IMG/VR virus record: IMGVR_UViG_3300036766_001722
Source of the DNA: an uncultured virus (IMG/VR IMGVR_UViG_3300036766_001722)
Taxonomy: Duplodnaviria; Heunggongvirae; Uroviricota; Caudoviricetes
Reading direction: 5' to 3' (one strand)
DNA: 64,000 nucleotides
Each line of letters starts with the position of its first letter. Position 1 is the first letter of the stretch. The position numbers were made by a program, and so were the translations under genes. The notes beneath the pieces are model-generated. The model was given only the letters and a program-made list of their open reading frames with translations, was not told where the DNA came from and ran no database searches. Shown one piece after another: positions 52,892 through 62,280 of the stretch.

Positions 52892-53325
52892 CCGGCCGGA
52901 GTTACGGATGGCGGCCAGGCCCCGCCGCGCGCGACGAGGTTCTCCTTCGCAGCGTCGAGGAAGCCTTGCAGCATGTACTTCGCGCGGATGATCGGCGTGC
53001 GGTCGTGGACCGTGCCGCCGCGGTTCACGATGGCGTGGTCGATCTGATCGACACGGATCTGCCACGCGAGGAAGAACGCGCAGTCGCCTCGGCGCATCGC
53101 ACGGATCGCGCGGTTCGAGTCCTCGTCGAAGAACATCTGCACGAGGTCGACGACGAACTTCGGAAGATCTTTCGTGACGCCGGTGCGCACGACAAGGTCG
53201 CGGATCTCACCCCATGCGCTCTTCGCGCCCTCGATCGACGACGCGTGGGCGATGGGAGCCGGCAGGTCGCGGAACATCGCCAGATGCGATCGCGGCGCCG
53301 GGCGTTCCTTCCTAGCCGCCGTCAC
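52888..53325 (-). CDS. Hypothetical protein
   Basis: GTGA overlap with the phosphatase stop. Confidence 0.6.
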   Translation of the reverse strand: MTAARKERPAPRSHLAMFRDLPAPIAHASSIEGAKSAWGEIRDLVVRTGVTKDLPKFVVDLVQMFFDEDSNRAIRAMRRGDCAFFLAWQIRVDQIDHAIVNRGGTVHDRTPIIRAKYMLQGFLDAAKENLVARGGAWPPSVTPAG

Positions 53326-53783
53326 GCCACCTTCGCGTGGTTGAGGACGAAGCGCTCGAACATCGGGTTCGTGAGCGGGTAGAGGTCTCCCTGCCGCGGA
53401 CGTCGTTGGCGGAGGAGAGAGATCGCGTTGTGCGCGGGCATCCTCAGGAGGCGCGTGAGCGCGAGCGTCGTCACGACGCCGGATCGGTTCATCCCGGCCG
53501 CGCACGTGACGAGCACACGGCGGCCGGCACGCACCTGCTGAACGACCGTGTCAGCCGTGGCGAAGAACCGGCGCGCCGACTGCTCGTCCACGGGTCGGTA
53601 GATGTCGTCGTCCTGTGGGCAGCGAAGGACGAGCTTGCCAGCCGGTACCTTCAGTGTCCGAGCTTGCAGTTCCATGGCGCAGAGGACGATGACGTCCATC
53701 GCCTGAAACGTCTCCGGCCAGTTCTCGGGGTAGGAGCCTTGGGCGAGACGGGGAATGATCCAGTGGTAATCGGGAGCGGCCAC
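53322..53783 (-). CDS. Dual-specificity protein phosphatase
   Basis: CX5R loop VLVTCAAGMNRSG; upstream QDD acid loop; C-terminal NPMF. Confidence 0.85.
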   Translation of the reverse strand: MAAPDYHWIIPRLAQGSYPENWPETFQAMDVIVLCAMELQARTLKVPAGKLVLRCPQDDDIYRPVDEQSARRFFATADTVVQQVRAGRRVLVTCAAGMNRSGVVTTLALTRLLRMPAHNAISLLRQRRPRQGDLYPLTNPMFERFVLNHAKVA

Positions 53784-53803
53784 GAGCCGACCGTAGCACA
53801 GCC

Positions 53804-53842
53804 TTGACCGACGGTGCGTCCTCCGGTACAACCTGTCCGACA
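53804..53842 (+). promoter_or_regulatory. Sigma70-like promoter overlapped by an operator copy
   Basis: TTGACC-17 nt-TACAAC; ACAACCTGTCCGACA at 53828-53842; ATG at 53845. Confidence 0.7.
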
Positions 53843-53844
53843 CC

Positions 53845-54858
53845 ATGGGCACCGACCAGGACGACTCGCAACTGATGCTCGACCTGACCGAGAAGCCGTC
53901 TGAGCCGCCTGAGGCGCTCAAGAGACTCATGCGCGGCGAGCATCCGGCGGTCGAAGGATGGGACGACGCACCGTTCATCGGTGGCACCGACCCCGCGGTC
54001 CTCATCATGAACCACGTCCGAGCGAACCCCTCGACGCTGAGCCCGCGAGCCATCGAGGAGATGGCGTTCGGAGGCTCGACGACGCTGACCCGCATCACGA
54101 CGCAGAGGCTTCTCGACGATGGTCGCCTTCTGCTCGACGATCACCTGAAGCTTCGGGTGGCCGAGTGGCTTCGCATCACGGAGGGTTCCTTCCGGCTTGA
54201 CGATCATGACGCGGTGGGATGGCTACAGCGTCTCGCGCCCGAGAGCGTCGATCTCTGCGTCACCGATCCCGCATACGAGAGCCTCGAGAAGCATCGCGCT
54301 CGCGGGACGACCACGCGGCTCAAGATCAGCAAGGGCTCGTCCAACGAGTGGTTCGACATCTTCCCGAACACGCGCTTCCATGAGTTCTTCGTCGAGCTGT
54401 ACCGCGTGATGAAGAAGAACACGCACGGCTACGTGTTCTGCGACCAGGAGACGATGTTCTTCATCAAGCCGATCATCGAGGAGGTCGGCTTCAAGTTCTG
54501 GAAGCCGCTCGTGTGGCACAAGCTGGGCCGCCTGGGTCTTGGCTATCATTGGAGAGCAAAGTACGAATTCATCTTGTTCTTCGAGAAGGGCAAGCGGCGT
54601 CTTCTTGATCTTGGAAAGCCAGATGTCCTGGAAGAGCAGCGTGTCAACAACGCTTATCCGACCGAGAAGCCCGTTGAGCTGATCAAAAAACTGGTGGCGA
54701 ACAGCAGCCAGTCCGGAGAACTCGTGATCGATCCTTTCTTTGGGAGCGGCGCGACCGGCGACGCCGCGCTACAGCTCGGTCGTCGGTTCATGGGCACGGA
54801 TACGAGCAAAGTTGCGCATGAGCACGCGTCGCCCCGCCTGAAGGCGCGGGGGACATAG
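53845..54858 (+). CDS. N6-adenine/N4-cytosine DNA methyltransferase with N-terminal extension
   Basis: TDPAY, YPTEKP, DPFFGSG. Confidence 0.88.
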   Translation: MGTDQDDSQLMLDLTEKPSEPPEALKRLMRGEHPAVEGWDDAPFIGGTDPAVLIMNHVRANPSTLSPRAIEEMAFGGSTTLTRITTQRLLDDGRLLLDDHLKLRVAEWLRITEGSFRLDDHDAVGWLQRLAPESVDLCVTDPAYESLEKHRARGTTTRLKISKGSSNEWFDIFPNTRFHEFFVELYRVMKKNTHGYVFCDQETMFFIKPIIEEVGFKFWKPLVWHKLGRLGLGYHWRAKYEFILFFEKGKRRLLDLGKPDVLEEQRVNNAYPTEKPVELIKKLVANSSQSGELVIDPFFGSGATGDAALQLGRRFMGTDTSKVAHEHASPRLKARGT

Positions 54859-55356
54859 GTGCTGGCAGCGGATGACAAGAGGAGGCGTCGCCGGTCTCTC
54901 GCCGATCGCTTCGAGACGAAAGTAGACCGTTCGGGTGGCATCAATGCCTGCCACCTCTGGACCGCTGCCACAAACAAAGGCTACGGCGTCATCATGGTTT
55001 TTGTCGGGCGGCAGAAGCGTATGCGAACGGCGTCGCGTGTCGCGTGGGAGTTGGGACGTGGCACCATTCCGCGCGGTCTGTACGTCTGCCATTCGTGCGA
55101 CAACCGTCGGTGCGTCAATGTCCGGCACTTGTTTCTTGGGACGGCACAAGACAACACTCATGACGCTCTCCGAAAGCACAGGATGAAAGGAGGGGCGCGG
55201 GGACGCCTCGGTATTCTGTGTCGTCGCGTGGGCGAGATTCGTCGTCGTCTAAGGAGCGGAGAGCAGGGAACATCCATTGCCAAGTCAATGGGTGTGACGC
55301 CGTCAGCTATTTCGCAGGTGAAGCACGGCTCCTCATACCGGAGCATCCATGGCTGA
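54859..55356 (+). CDS. HNH homing endonuclease with C-terminal HTH
   Basis: CHLW...GYG...ASRVAW...VCHSCDNRRCVNVRHLFLGTAQDN. Confidence 0.88.
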   Translation: MLAADDKRRRRRSLADRFETKVDRSGGINACHLWTAATNKGYGVIMVFVGRQKRMRTASRVAWELGRGTIPRGLYVCHSCDNRRCVNVRHLFLGTAQDNTHDALRKHRMKGGARGRLGILCRRVGEIRRRLRSGEQGTSIAKSMGVTPSAISQVKHGSSYRSIHG

Positions 55357-55597
55357 CCGCGAACGTCACACCGACCCCGCCACGCCGTCGAGCAAGGGCA
55401 TGGCCGTGTGGCAGACCGTTCGTACGTGGATCGAGATGGACCGGAAGAACCGCGACGTGCTGACGTTCGTGGACGACGAGGGCAACGCGTGCGTCGAGGT
55501 ACGACAGGGCGGCAAGAAGATGCGCGACGCGATCAAGGACGACGAGAACCCGTGGACGACCGCTGCACGTGTCATTTCGGCGCTGGCCGTGATCTGA
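55349..55597 (+). CDS. Small hypothetical protein
   Basis: 82 aa; GGAG RBS. Confidence 0.6.
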   Translation: MADRERHTDPATPSSKGMAVWQTVRTWIEMDRKNRDVLTFVDDEGNACVEVRQGGKKMRDAIKDDENPWTTAARVISALAVI

Positions 55598-55604
55598 GGA
55601 ACGA

Positions 55605-56693
55605 GTGAACCGCGTTCTCACCGGCGATGCCATCGCCATGATGGCGACGCTTCCCGCGTCATCGATTGACGCCATCGCGACGGATCCTCCGTACGGGTTG
55701 AATCTCCTCGGCCACGACTGGGACCACGGCGTGCCTGGGGTTCCGTACTGGGAGGCCGCGTACCGCGTGGCGAAGCCCGGAGCGTTCCTCGCCGCGTTCG
55801 GCGGCACGCGCACGCATCACCGACTGATGTGCGCGATCGAGGACGCCGGGTGGGAGCTGCGTGACTGCTTGCAGTGGCTTTTCGCGGAAGGAATGCCGAA
55901 GGGCTCGACGATCAAGAACGGCCGCGGTACCACGCTCAAACCGGGGTACGAACCAATCATCCTGGCGCGGAAGCCTCCGACCGGTACGGTCGCCGTGAAT
56001 GCAGTGCTGCACGGTACGGGAGCGTTGAACATCGAGGCGTGTAGGATCGCGGTCGCGGCGAATGACGCGAAGGGCGGCCCTGGCTACAGCAAGGGGAGGA
56101 GCGGCCGGAAGGTCGGTGCGACGCGTCGTGATGCGGGCGCTCTCGAGCTGGCGACGAAGGCTGGCAATCCGCTCGACGGTAAGGGGCGCTGGCCGGCCAA
56201 CGTGCTGATCGATGATGAGGTCGCCGCCTTGCTCGACGCCCAGAGCGGCGTGCTGAAGAGCGGCAAGGTGACGAAGAAGTACGGCAAGCAGATGGAGAGC
56301 AGCGTGGCGTTCGGCGACAAGCGACGCGTGCTGCACCCGGGCATGGTGTTCTCGGACGAGGGAGGCGCCTCGCGTTTCTTCACCGTCGTCTCGTGGGGAG
56401 AGGACGAGCTGCGCTTCCGCTACGTGGGTAAGGCGTCGCGTTCCGAACGGACGCACGGAGGCAAGGTCGAGAACTGGCACCCGACCGTGAAGCCTCGGGC
56501 GTTGATGCGGTGGCTCTTGCGGCTGATCACGCCGCCTGGCGGCACGGTGCTCGATCCGTTCTGCGGGTCGGGCTCGACGCTCGTGGCAGCGCTGGATGAG
56601 GGCCTCGAGTACATCGGCATCGACAACGACCCGAGGTCGGCTAGAACGGCGCGGGCACGTCTCGCCGTCGCAGGAAGGGAGCAGCGAGCATGA
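55605..56693 (+). CDS. N6-adenine/N4-cytosine DNA methyltransferase
   Basis: TDPPY, GRWPAN, HPTVKP, DPFCGSGST. Confidence 0.9.
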   Translation: MNRVLTGDAIAMMATLPASSIDAIATDPPYGLNLLGHDWDHGVPGVPYWEAAYRVAKPGAFLAAFGGTRTHHRLMCAIEDAGWELRDCLQWLFAEGMPKGSTIKNGRGTTLKPGYEPIILARKPPTGTVAVNAVLHGTGALNIEACRIAVAANDAKGGPGYSKGRSGRKVGATRRDAGALELATKAGNPLDGKGRWPANVLIDDEVAALLDAQSGVLKSGKVTKKYGKQMESSVAFGDKRRVLHPGMVFSDEGGASRFFTVVSWGEDELRFRYVGKASRSERTHGGKVENWHPTVKPRALMRWLLRLITPPGGTVLDPFCGSGSTLVAALDEGLEYIGIDNDPRSARTARARLAVAGREQRA

Positions 56694-57091
56694 AGTCGTC
56701 GGAGGCACGTTCCACGCTTCCCGCCGCCGAGGCGGAGATGGCGAAGTATCTGAACCAGCTCAACCTCGTGGAGGCGTCGCTTCGTGTGACGGCGCCGTCT
56801 GACCCGAAGCGTGGAGAACTGAAGCGACAGAAGGAGATTGCTCTCACGCATTACCGCGCCACGAAGGAGCGCGTGAAGGAGCTGCGTCGCAACGGCGGTG
56901 CTACGCCCGAGGCGAGTCCGGCGCAGCGCGCCGCGATGGCGGTCTTGACGGATGGCGCCGTGTTGCAAAAGCTCTACGTCGCGGTCGCCGAGGTGAGAGA
57001 CAGAGATCGCCGCGATGGTGACGCTGGTAGCTTTCTTACGCCTGGTGAGCGCGAGGCTATCGACGACTTTCTCGACGCGTGGGAGAGTTGA
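56690..57091 (+). CDS. Hypothetical protein
   Basis: 133 aa, ATGA overlap. Confidence 0.6.
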   Translation: MKSSEARSTLPAAEAEMAKYLNQLNLVEASLRVTAPSDPKRGELKRQKEIALTHYRATKERVKELRRNGGATPEASPAQRAAMAVLTDGAVLQKLYVAVAEVRDRDRRDGDAGSFLTPGEREAIDDFLDAWES

Positions 57092-57097
57092 CTGGCT

Positions 57098-58936
57098 GTG
57101 GAGCCACCGACGCTCAACTCCTTCCCGCGGATGGCACCTCGGGATGCACTTCGAACGGCGCCGCGCTGGATGGCGTCCCTTGGGGTAGCCGACGTCGACG
57201 CGCTCGAAGAGCTGGGCCGCGGCACGTACGCGGTGGCGTACCGATTGCCTGACGGGCGTGTTTTGAAAGTCACGGCGGACTCGCGGTCGGCGCGGGCAGC
57301 GAAGGTTGTGCTGGAAGCTGGGCCTGCTCCGGGCATCGTTCACGTCTACGAGGTCAAGCAGCTCCCCGGTGGCACGCCCTTCTGGGCGACCGTCGAAGAA
57401 TACGTGCTCGACGCTGAGCACTTGCATGACGATGTCCGAAACGATCTCGATGCCGCCGTTGAAGCGGTGCAATGGCTGCTCGACCGTGAGTGGCTGAGCA
57501 AGCTCAAGGCGGCGGGTGCGTCTCGGGACGCAGCCGAACGTATCATTCGTCAATTCGCCTCCGCCCCTCCGCTTTGGGAAAACGAGGCACAGGCGGTAAG
57601 GTGGTTGATGGACATCGCCACCGGTCTCTCGTGGCTCAGGGATCACGGCGTGAGGGGTATGTCCGATTTCCATGAACACAACGTTGGCATCCGAGAGAAC
57701 GGAAGCGCAGTCATCTTCGATCTCAGCAGCGACCGCATTCGTTCATCAGGAGCGATCGATGTCGCAGCCAACCCGGCACGGAAGCCGTTCGATGTGCGCA
57801 AGGTCTTCGTCGCGCTCGGCCGGCCGCGCGAGGTCCCCTCGATGGAGGCCCTGGCGAAGGGCATCGAGGTCGAGATGGAGCACACCGACGACCCCGTCCT
57901 CGCCGGGAAGATCGCGCTCGACCACTTCCGAGAGTTCCCCGACTACTATGAGCGGCTTGAGGTTATGGAAGAGCGCGCGAAGAAGGGGCTTCCGCCGAAC
58001 GCCAGGCGTCAGCCTGGATGCGTGGCGCAACGTCAGCAGCACGGCGGACGGCCGTGGACATGCCGGGTATGTGGGAAGACGGCGTGCGATATCTGCGGTC
58101 TCCACTATTGGAGCGGCAAGGACTTCGAGCGCCGCCTGGCAACGTGCTCGGGAGCGTGCCGGAGGAAGGTTGACGAGGAGTTCCGAGCGAAGATTCGCGC
58201 CGGGAGACTCGAGGAGAATCCGAATTATTCGGTGCGTCCCGGCACGGTGCTCACGCTGCGGCGCTTGACCACGACCGAGAGCAGGGGCTCGGCGGAACGC
58301 GAAACGACGCGCACCGTGAAGCGTATCGTCCTCGAGGAGCAGGGCGTCTTCGCGGTGAGGTTCGCCGAGGGACCGGAGAGGGTCTTCCGTGTAGATCTTG
58401 AGGCGATGGAAGTGACGTCCGCCAGGCCTCCGCTTCGCTACGAGATCCTTGATGTGCGGGACGAAGGCGCCCTGCCGAACCCGAAGCTCGTGAACAACGG
58501 AAGCAAGATGCCGCGCGTAGCGGCGGCGTTTGATCGGTGCTTCGAGATCGTGCGGGTCCAGTTCCCTGACTTCGGCGAGATCGAACTGCATCAGGACGAG
58601 AAGGCCGCATCTGACAACGGTCATGGCAGCGAGCGCCAGTTCGGCTACTGCATGGACGGTGATCCCATCCGTATCGCGTTCGCGCGAAAGACGGAAGACC
58701 TCCCGGAGGTGAACATCAACGGGCTCGTCGCGCACGAGTTCGGGCACGCGCTCGACAACCGGTACGGCGATGGCCTGTCGGCGCTTCTCGACTGCGACTT
58801 GCCTCGTGGCGCCGAGCGCCGCGCCGATGCGATCGCGAAGGAAGTCTTCGGCAAGACGATCAAGTACGACACCCGCGACGTCCAGTGCGTCGCGTGCCGG
58901 GGCGAGGCGCCGCGTCCGAGGAGGCTCGGGGCGTGA
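57098..58936 (+). CDS. Multi-module protein: kinase-like, DUF5661-like, zinc finger, unknown and zincin-like peptidase modules
   Basis: LGRGTYAVAY, VLKVT, DFHEHNVG, IFDL; KGIEVEMEHT..IALDHF.E.PDYY; CRVC..CDIC..CSGAC; AHEFGH..ERRADAIA. Confidence 0.8.
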   Translation: MEPPTLNSFPRMAPRDALRTAPRWMASLGVADVDALEELGRGTYAVAYRLPDGRVLKVTADSRSARAAKVVLEAGPAPGIVHVYEVKQLPGGTPFWATVEEYVLDAEHLHDDVRNDLDAAVEAVQWLLDREWLSKLKAAGASRDAAERIIRQFASAPPLWENEAQAVRWLMDIATGLSWLRDHGVRGMSDFHEHNVGIRENGSAVIFDLSSDRIRSSGAIDVAANPARKPFDVRKVFVALGRPREVPSMEALAKGIEVEMEHTDDPVLAGKIALDHFREFPDYYERLEVMEERAKKGLPPNARRQPGCVAQRQQHGGRPWTCRVCGKTACDICGLHYWSGKDFERRLATCSGACRRKVDEEFRAKIRAGRLEENPNYSVRPGTVLTLRRLTTTESRGSAERETTRTVKRIVLEEQGVFAVRFAEGPERVFRVDLEAMEVTSARPPLRYEILDVRDEGALPNPKLVNNGSKMPRVAAAFDRCFEIVRVQFPDFGEIELHQDEKAASDNGHGSERQFGYCMDGDPIRIAFARKTEDLPEVNINGLVAHEFGHALDNRYGDGLSALLDCDLPRGAERRADAIAKEVFGKTIKYDTRDVQCVACRGEAPRPRRLGA

Positions 58937-59214
58937 CGAGGCTAGCCACATTCTGGGGCATCGTCGTGTCGATTTTTATGGAGCCGAGCGGCAAACATCA
59001 TCGTCCTCACTTCCATGCGTTCGTTGGGGGCGAATCGGCGATCATCGCGATCGATGATGGAAAAATCATCTCCGGCGATCTACCCATCACCGCTCGGCAC
59101 GCAGTGAGGGACTTCTGGAAGCTGAGGCGCGTGCAGTTGCAAGAGGCATGGGACACGATAGCGATGGGACGCGCTCCTCGGAGGATCGCTCCGCCAAAGA
59201 GGATGAGACGATGA
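58933..59214 (+). CDS. DUF4160-family protein (putative toxin)
   Basis: FWGIVVSIF...HHRPHFHA...I.I..G.I..G.LP......W. Confidence 0.75.
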   Translation: MTRLATFWGIVVSIFMEPSGKHHRPHFHAFVGGESAIIAIDDGKIISGDLPITARHAVRDFWKLRRVQLQEAWDTIAMGRAPRRIAPPKRMRR

Positions 59215-59501
59215 AAACGCTTCCCATGCTTCGGATGGTCGACTGGCTCAGCGGGAACCGTGTCCGCCTGTTTTTCGCCGTGGGCAAGTCGATCAAGGTC
59301 GTGGAGATGCGGCTTCCGTGGATCAAGAATGCGCGAAACGTTCGCGTCGTGGATTACGGCATGGGCCTGGCGCTCGGCGACGGTCGTGACGTCAGCGCAC
59401 TCGGTCTGTGGGAGTCGCCGTACAAGAAGGTGCTGGTGCCGAAGGATGCATTGCCCGCCCGTCAGGAGAAAAAGCGACGCTCGAAGAGGCTCGCGGCGTG
59501 A
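59211..59501 (+). CDS. DUF2442-like protein (putative antitoxin)
   Basis: ATGA-coupled to DUF4160; V.L.F...VRVVDYGMGL..GDG.DVSA..L. Confidence 0.55.
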   Translation: MKTLPMLRMVDWLSGNRVRLFFAVGKSIKVVEMRLPWIKNARNVRVVDYGMGLALGDGRDVSALGLWESPYKKVLVPKDALPARQEKKRRSKRLAA

Positions 59502-60164
59502 CGATCAAGCACAGCAATGCGCCGCCGCTCGATCTCCTCGAGGTCGAGAGCCAGCTCGGCTGGTGGGAAGCCATCCAGCGCTCCGATGTGCGCCTCTTTG
59601 AGGCGTGGCTCGCACATCACGGAGCGATCGTCATCAGCGCACGCACGGTCGACCGGTTCGATACGTTCTTCTCAATGCTCGCGTCTCGGCGGTCGGTGAC
59701 GATGACGGATCACGCAGCCGGCTTCGTGTTCAGGAGACGTGTTCGATGAAGAAACGCGAGCAACGCTGCGTGCGCTGTAACTATCCGTGTAGCGAGGCGC
59801 TCTTCAACAGCAGCATCGATTGCACAAACCCCGACTGCCCCTTCTTCCCGAAGGAGGCGCGTGAGGTGCTCGACATGTGCGCCGAAGCAGAGCGGATGAT
59901 TCGCGCGGTGTTCCCGTGATGGCGTCGTCGCATCGGCCGCGCGTGATGGTCCAGTGGGTCGATGCGCGTAGGCAGGTCGTGGCGACGGTGGCGCAGGGAG
60001 TGCAGCCGAACGGCTTCGGGCATCCGGTTGCGGTGTACATCGCGACCGTGTCGGGGCTCGCGCCCGAGCCGTGTCCGCGATTCCAGTGCGCTGTCACGAA
60101 GGTGGAGGACGCACTACGTCGGCTCCGCATTCGAGCCACACGCATCGCTTGACGGGAAGCCCGG

Positions 60165-60179
60165 TGTCCGACAGGATGT
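60165..60179. promoter_or_regulatory. Operator copy downstream of TTGACG
   Basis: TGTCCGACAGGATGT; TTGACG at 60149. Confidence 0.6.
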
Positions 60180-60460
60180 ACCTGTGCTCCGCGTCGTCTT
60201 CCTCGCCCTGGCTCTTCTCTTCGTGCCTCTCTCGGCAGCGACGGCAGACATGTTGCCGGGCCCCGGACCGACGCGTCCAATCCCTCCGCTCCGCCCGAGG
60301 CCTTCCCCGCCGCGTCCGCAGCCCCTCTACGGCGTGAACTGTGTGAACGTGGACACGGTTGGTCTGTTCGCGGTGATGTTCGTCCTCGGAGGGGCGATGC
60401 TCACGCTGATCGAGCGCCGGAAGTTCCGCAGGGAAGCTGCGTAGGCGTTAGACTTCGAAG

Positions 60461-60838
60461 ATGTCGGTCTACGCATGTGGGGCGTTGCTGTTCGCGCCCG
60501 ACCACACCGTGCTGCTCCTTCGGAGATCGGCCGGAGGTTCGCTGGCTGGTCACTGGGACACGCCTGGCGGGCGGCGTGAGCACGGCGAGCGTCTCGACGT
60601 GGCGATGATGCGCGAGCTGTACGAAGAGGCCGGTTACAAGGGGCCGGTGACGGTCATGCGGAAGAACTTCCTGCCGCTTGGTCCGACGAGCCCGAGCCTC
60701 TTCTGTCTCTTCGAGTGCCGCGTCCCGAAGAGGTTCACGCCGAAGCTCAACGCGGAGCACGACACGTGGGGCTGGTTCACGGTCGATGCCATGCCGTCAC
60801 CGTTGCATCCAGGTCTCCGCTTTCTGCAGCCTCGCTGA
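60461..60838 (+). CDS. NUDIX hydrolase
   Basis: Nudix box GGRREHGERLDVAMMRELYEEAG; LNAEH..WGW..LHPG. Confidence 0.9.
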   Translation: MSVYACGALLFAPDHTVLLLRRSAGGSLAGHWDTPGGRREHGERLDVAMMRELYEEAGYKGPVTVMRKNFLPLGPTSPSLFCLFECRVPKRFTPKLNAEHDTWGWFTVDAMPSPLHPGLRFLQPR

Positions 60839-60855
60839 GGTCGTAGACTGGGCGG

Positions 60856-61158
60856 ATGGACCCAGTCGTCACCCTCGAAGAGGCGGTCGAGCGCGTCACA
60901 CAGATCGCCGCGGAGTGCGCAGTGCCGTACGACGCGCGATGTATGGAGGTGTTGATCCGAGTGGCGCGCCGGATGCGGAAGACGAGCAGCACGTCGCTCG
61001 CCGCCGCGGGAAGTGCTGCCAAAGGTGCACAGCACTTCGTGGCTGCGCGTCAGCAGCTAGATGCGGGGCTCGAAGAGATCGGTCACGTGACGCGCGCGAT
61101 CGCGTCGACGGCGGTCGCGGAGCCGGTCGACTCGGAGGAGGAGGACAAGAAGAAGTAG
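60856..61158 (+). CDS. Hypothetical protein
   Basis: 100 aa. Confidence 0.55.
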   Translation: MDPVVTLEEAVERVTQIAAECAVPYDARCMEVLIRVARRMRKTSSTSLAAAGSAAKGAQHFVAARQQLDAGLEEIGHVTRAIASTAVAEPVDSEEEDKKK

Positions 61159-61191
61159 CGAAGGGCCGAAGCGCGATGCTACTCTGGCGAC

Positions 61192-61521
61192 ATGGCTCTC
61201 TACTCCGTCTGGGACTGGAACCGGAATTCATACCGGGTCTACCAGAATCCCCGCCCTGTCTCGGTAGGCGATGACCCAGTCTCGCCGAGGCCCGGGACAA
61301 CATCAGCGCTCGGCGCCGATCCCGACACTCAGATCAACGTCGTCCCTCCGGACGCGAAGCTCATGGGCTACAGCCACATGGCTCGCGGCGAGATTCGCCG
61401 CCTGTCGGGCGGTCTAGGCGACTCAGCGGCCCCCGAACAGACGCCGTTCTGGAAGCAGCCGATCGTCGTGTTCGTCGCTGGCGCCGCCGCGGCGTGGGCG
61501 ACCATCAAGCTCTTCAAGTAG
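61192..61521 (+). CDS. Putative virion membrane protein (GGLGD, C-terminal TM)
   Basis: MALYSVWDW...LSGGLGDSAAP...IVVFVAGAAAAWATIKLFK. Confidence 0.75.
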   Translation: MALYSVWDWNRNSYRVYQNPRPVSVGDDPVSPRPGTTSALGADPDTQINVVPPDAKLMGYSHMARGEIRRLSGGLGDSAAPEQTPFWKQPIVVFVAGAAAAWATIKLFK

Positions 61522-61530
61522 GAGGCATCG

Positions 61531-62280
61531 ATGTTGATCGTCAGGCGGAACACCCTCACGCCGAACGACACCGACGATCGGGCCTCGATGGCCCTCGCCG
61601 AGCGTTTGGTCGCAGAGACCGAGCACGAGAGACTCCATCCGAACAAGGCGCACGCGCTCGGTCGGGCGGAAGCGATGAGCAGGATCTACGGCAAGGAGAT
61701 CGACATCGATCGCCTCCCCTCAGCCCGTGGCCGCATCGTGGACGCCGCGATGAAGCGCTACGAGACCTTCCACAAGAAGGACCCGATTGAGGTTCGAGAA
61801 CTGCTGGACCCTCCCGCTCGTGTCGTGTGCGTGGGCGATGCTCTCGCCGTCGCGTACCGCACCGACAAGTGGAAGAAGGACGGCGACGACATCGACTACA
61901 AGCACGTGCACGAGGCCGAAGGCGGCGGTCTCTATCCGGCGTCCAAGGGCGTGAAGCTCTACGAGCCCGCGAGCGAGTACCGCAAGAGCCTCCTCGGGAA
62001 AAACCCCGTCGAGTCCCGGCTCAAGGAGCAGGGGCCGCCGGTTCGCTACCCAAAGGCGTTCACACGCCTCGGCTACTGTCTCGGCGTGTGGTGCCGCCGC
62101 TACGATGTCGACGAGGGCTACTTCTCGACCCATCCGCGTGGCTGCGACCTCTACTGCTCGCCGAGCGGCAACCTGCTCGGCGTGTATTCGCCCGAGGAGC
62201 AGCCTGACGGATCGATCGGATGGCTGGCGATCATGGCTGGCGGCAACCTTCGCGTCATCGCAGACGGGATCGACGGATGA
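61531..62280 (+). CDS. Hypothetical protein with RRN/KNP motifs
   Basis: AGGAGG RBS; YETFH, Y.TDKW, YKHVH, GGNLRV..DGI. Confidence 0.75.
   Translation: MLIVRRNTLTPNDTDDRASMALAERLVAETEHERLHPNKAHALGRAEAMSRIYGKEIDIDRLPSARGRIVDAAMKRYETFHKKDPIEVRELLDPPARVVCVGDALAVAYRTDKWKKDGDDIDYKHVHEAEGGGLYPASKGVKLYEPASEYRKSLLGKNPVESRLKEQGPPVRYPKAFTRLGYCLGVWCRRYDVDEGYFSTHPRGCDLYCSPSGNLLGVYSPEEQPDGSIGWLAIMAGGNLRVIADGIDG

Noticed and set aside
26537..60179. Palindromic repeats as a CRISPR array or REP elements
   Set aside because: Copies are single, mostly kilobases apart and tied to promoters; no spacers or cas genes.
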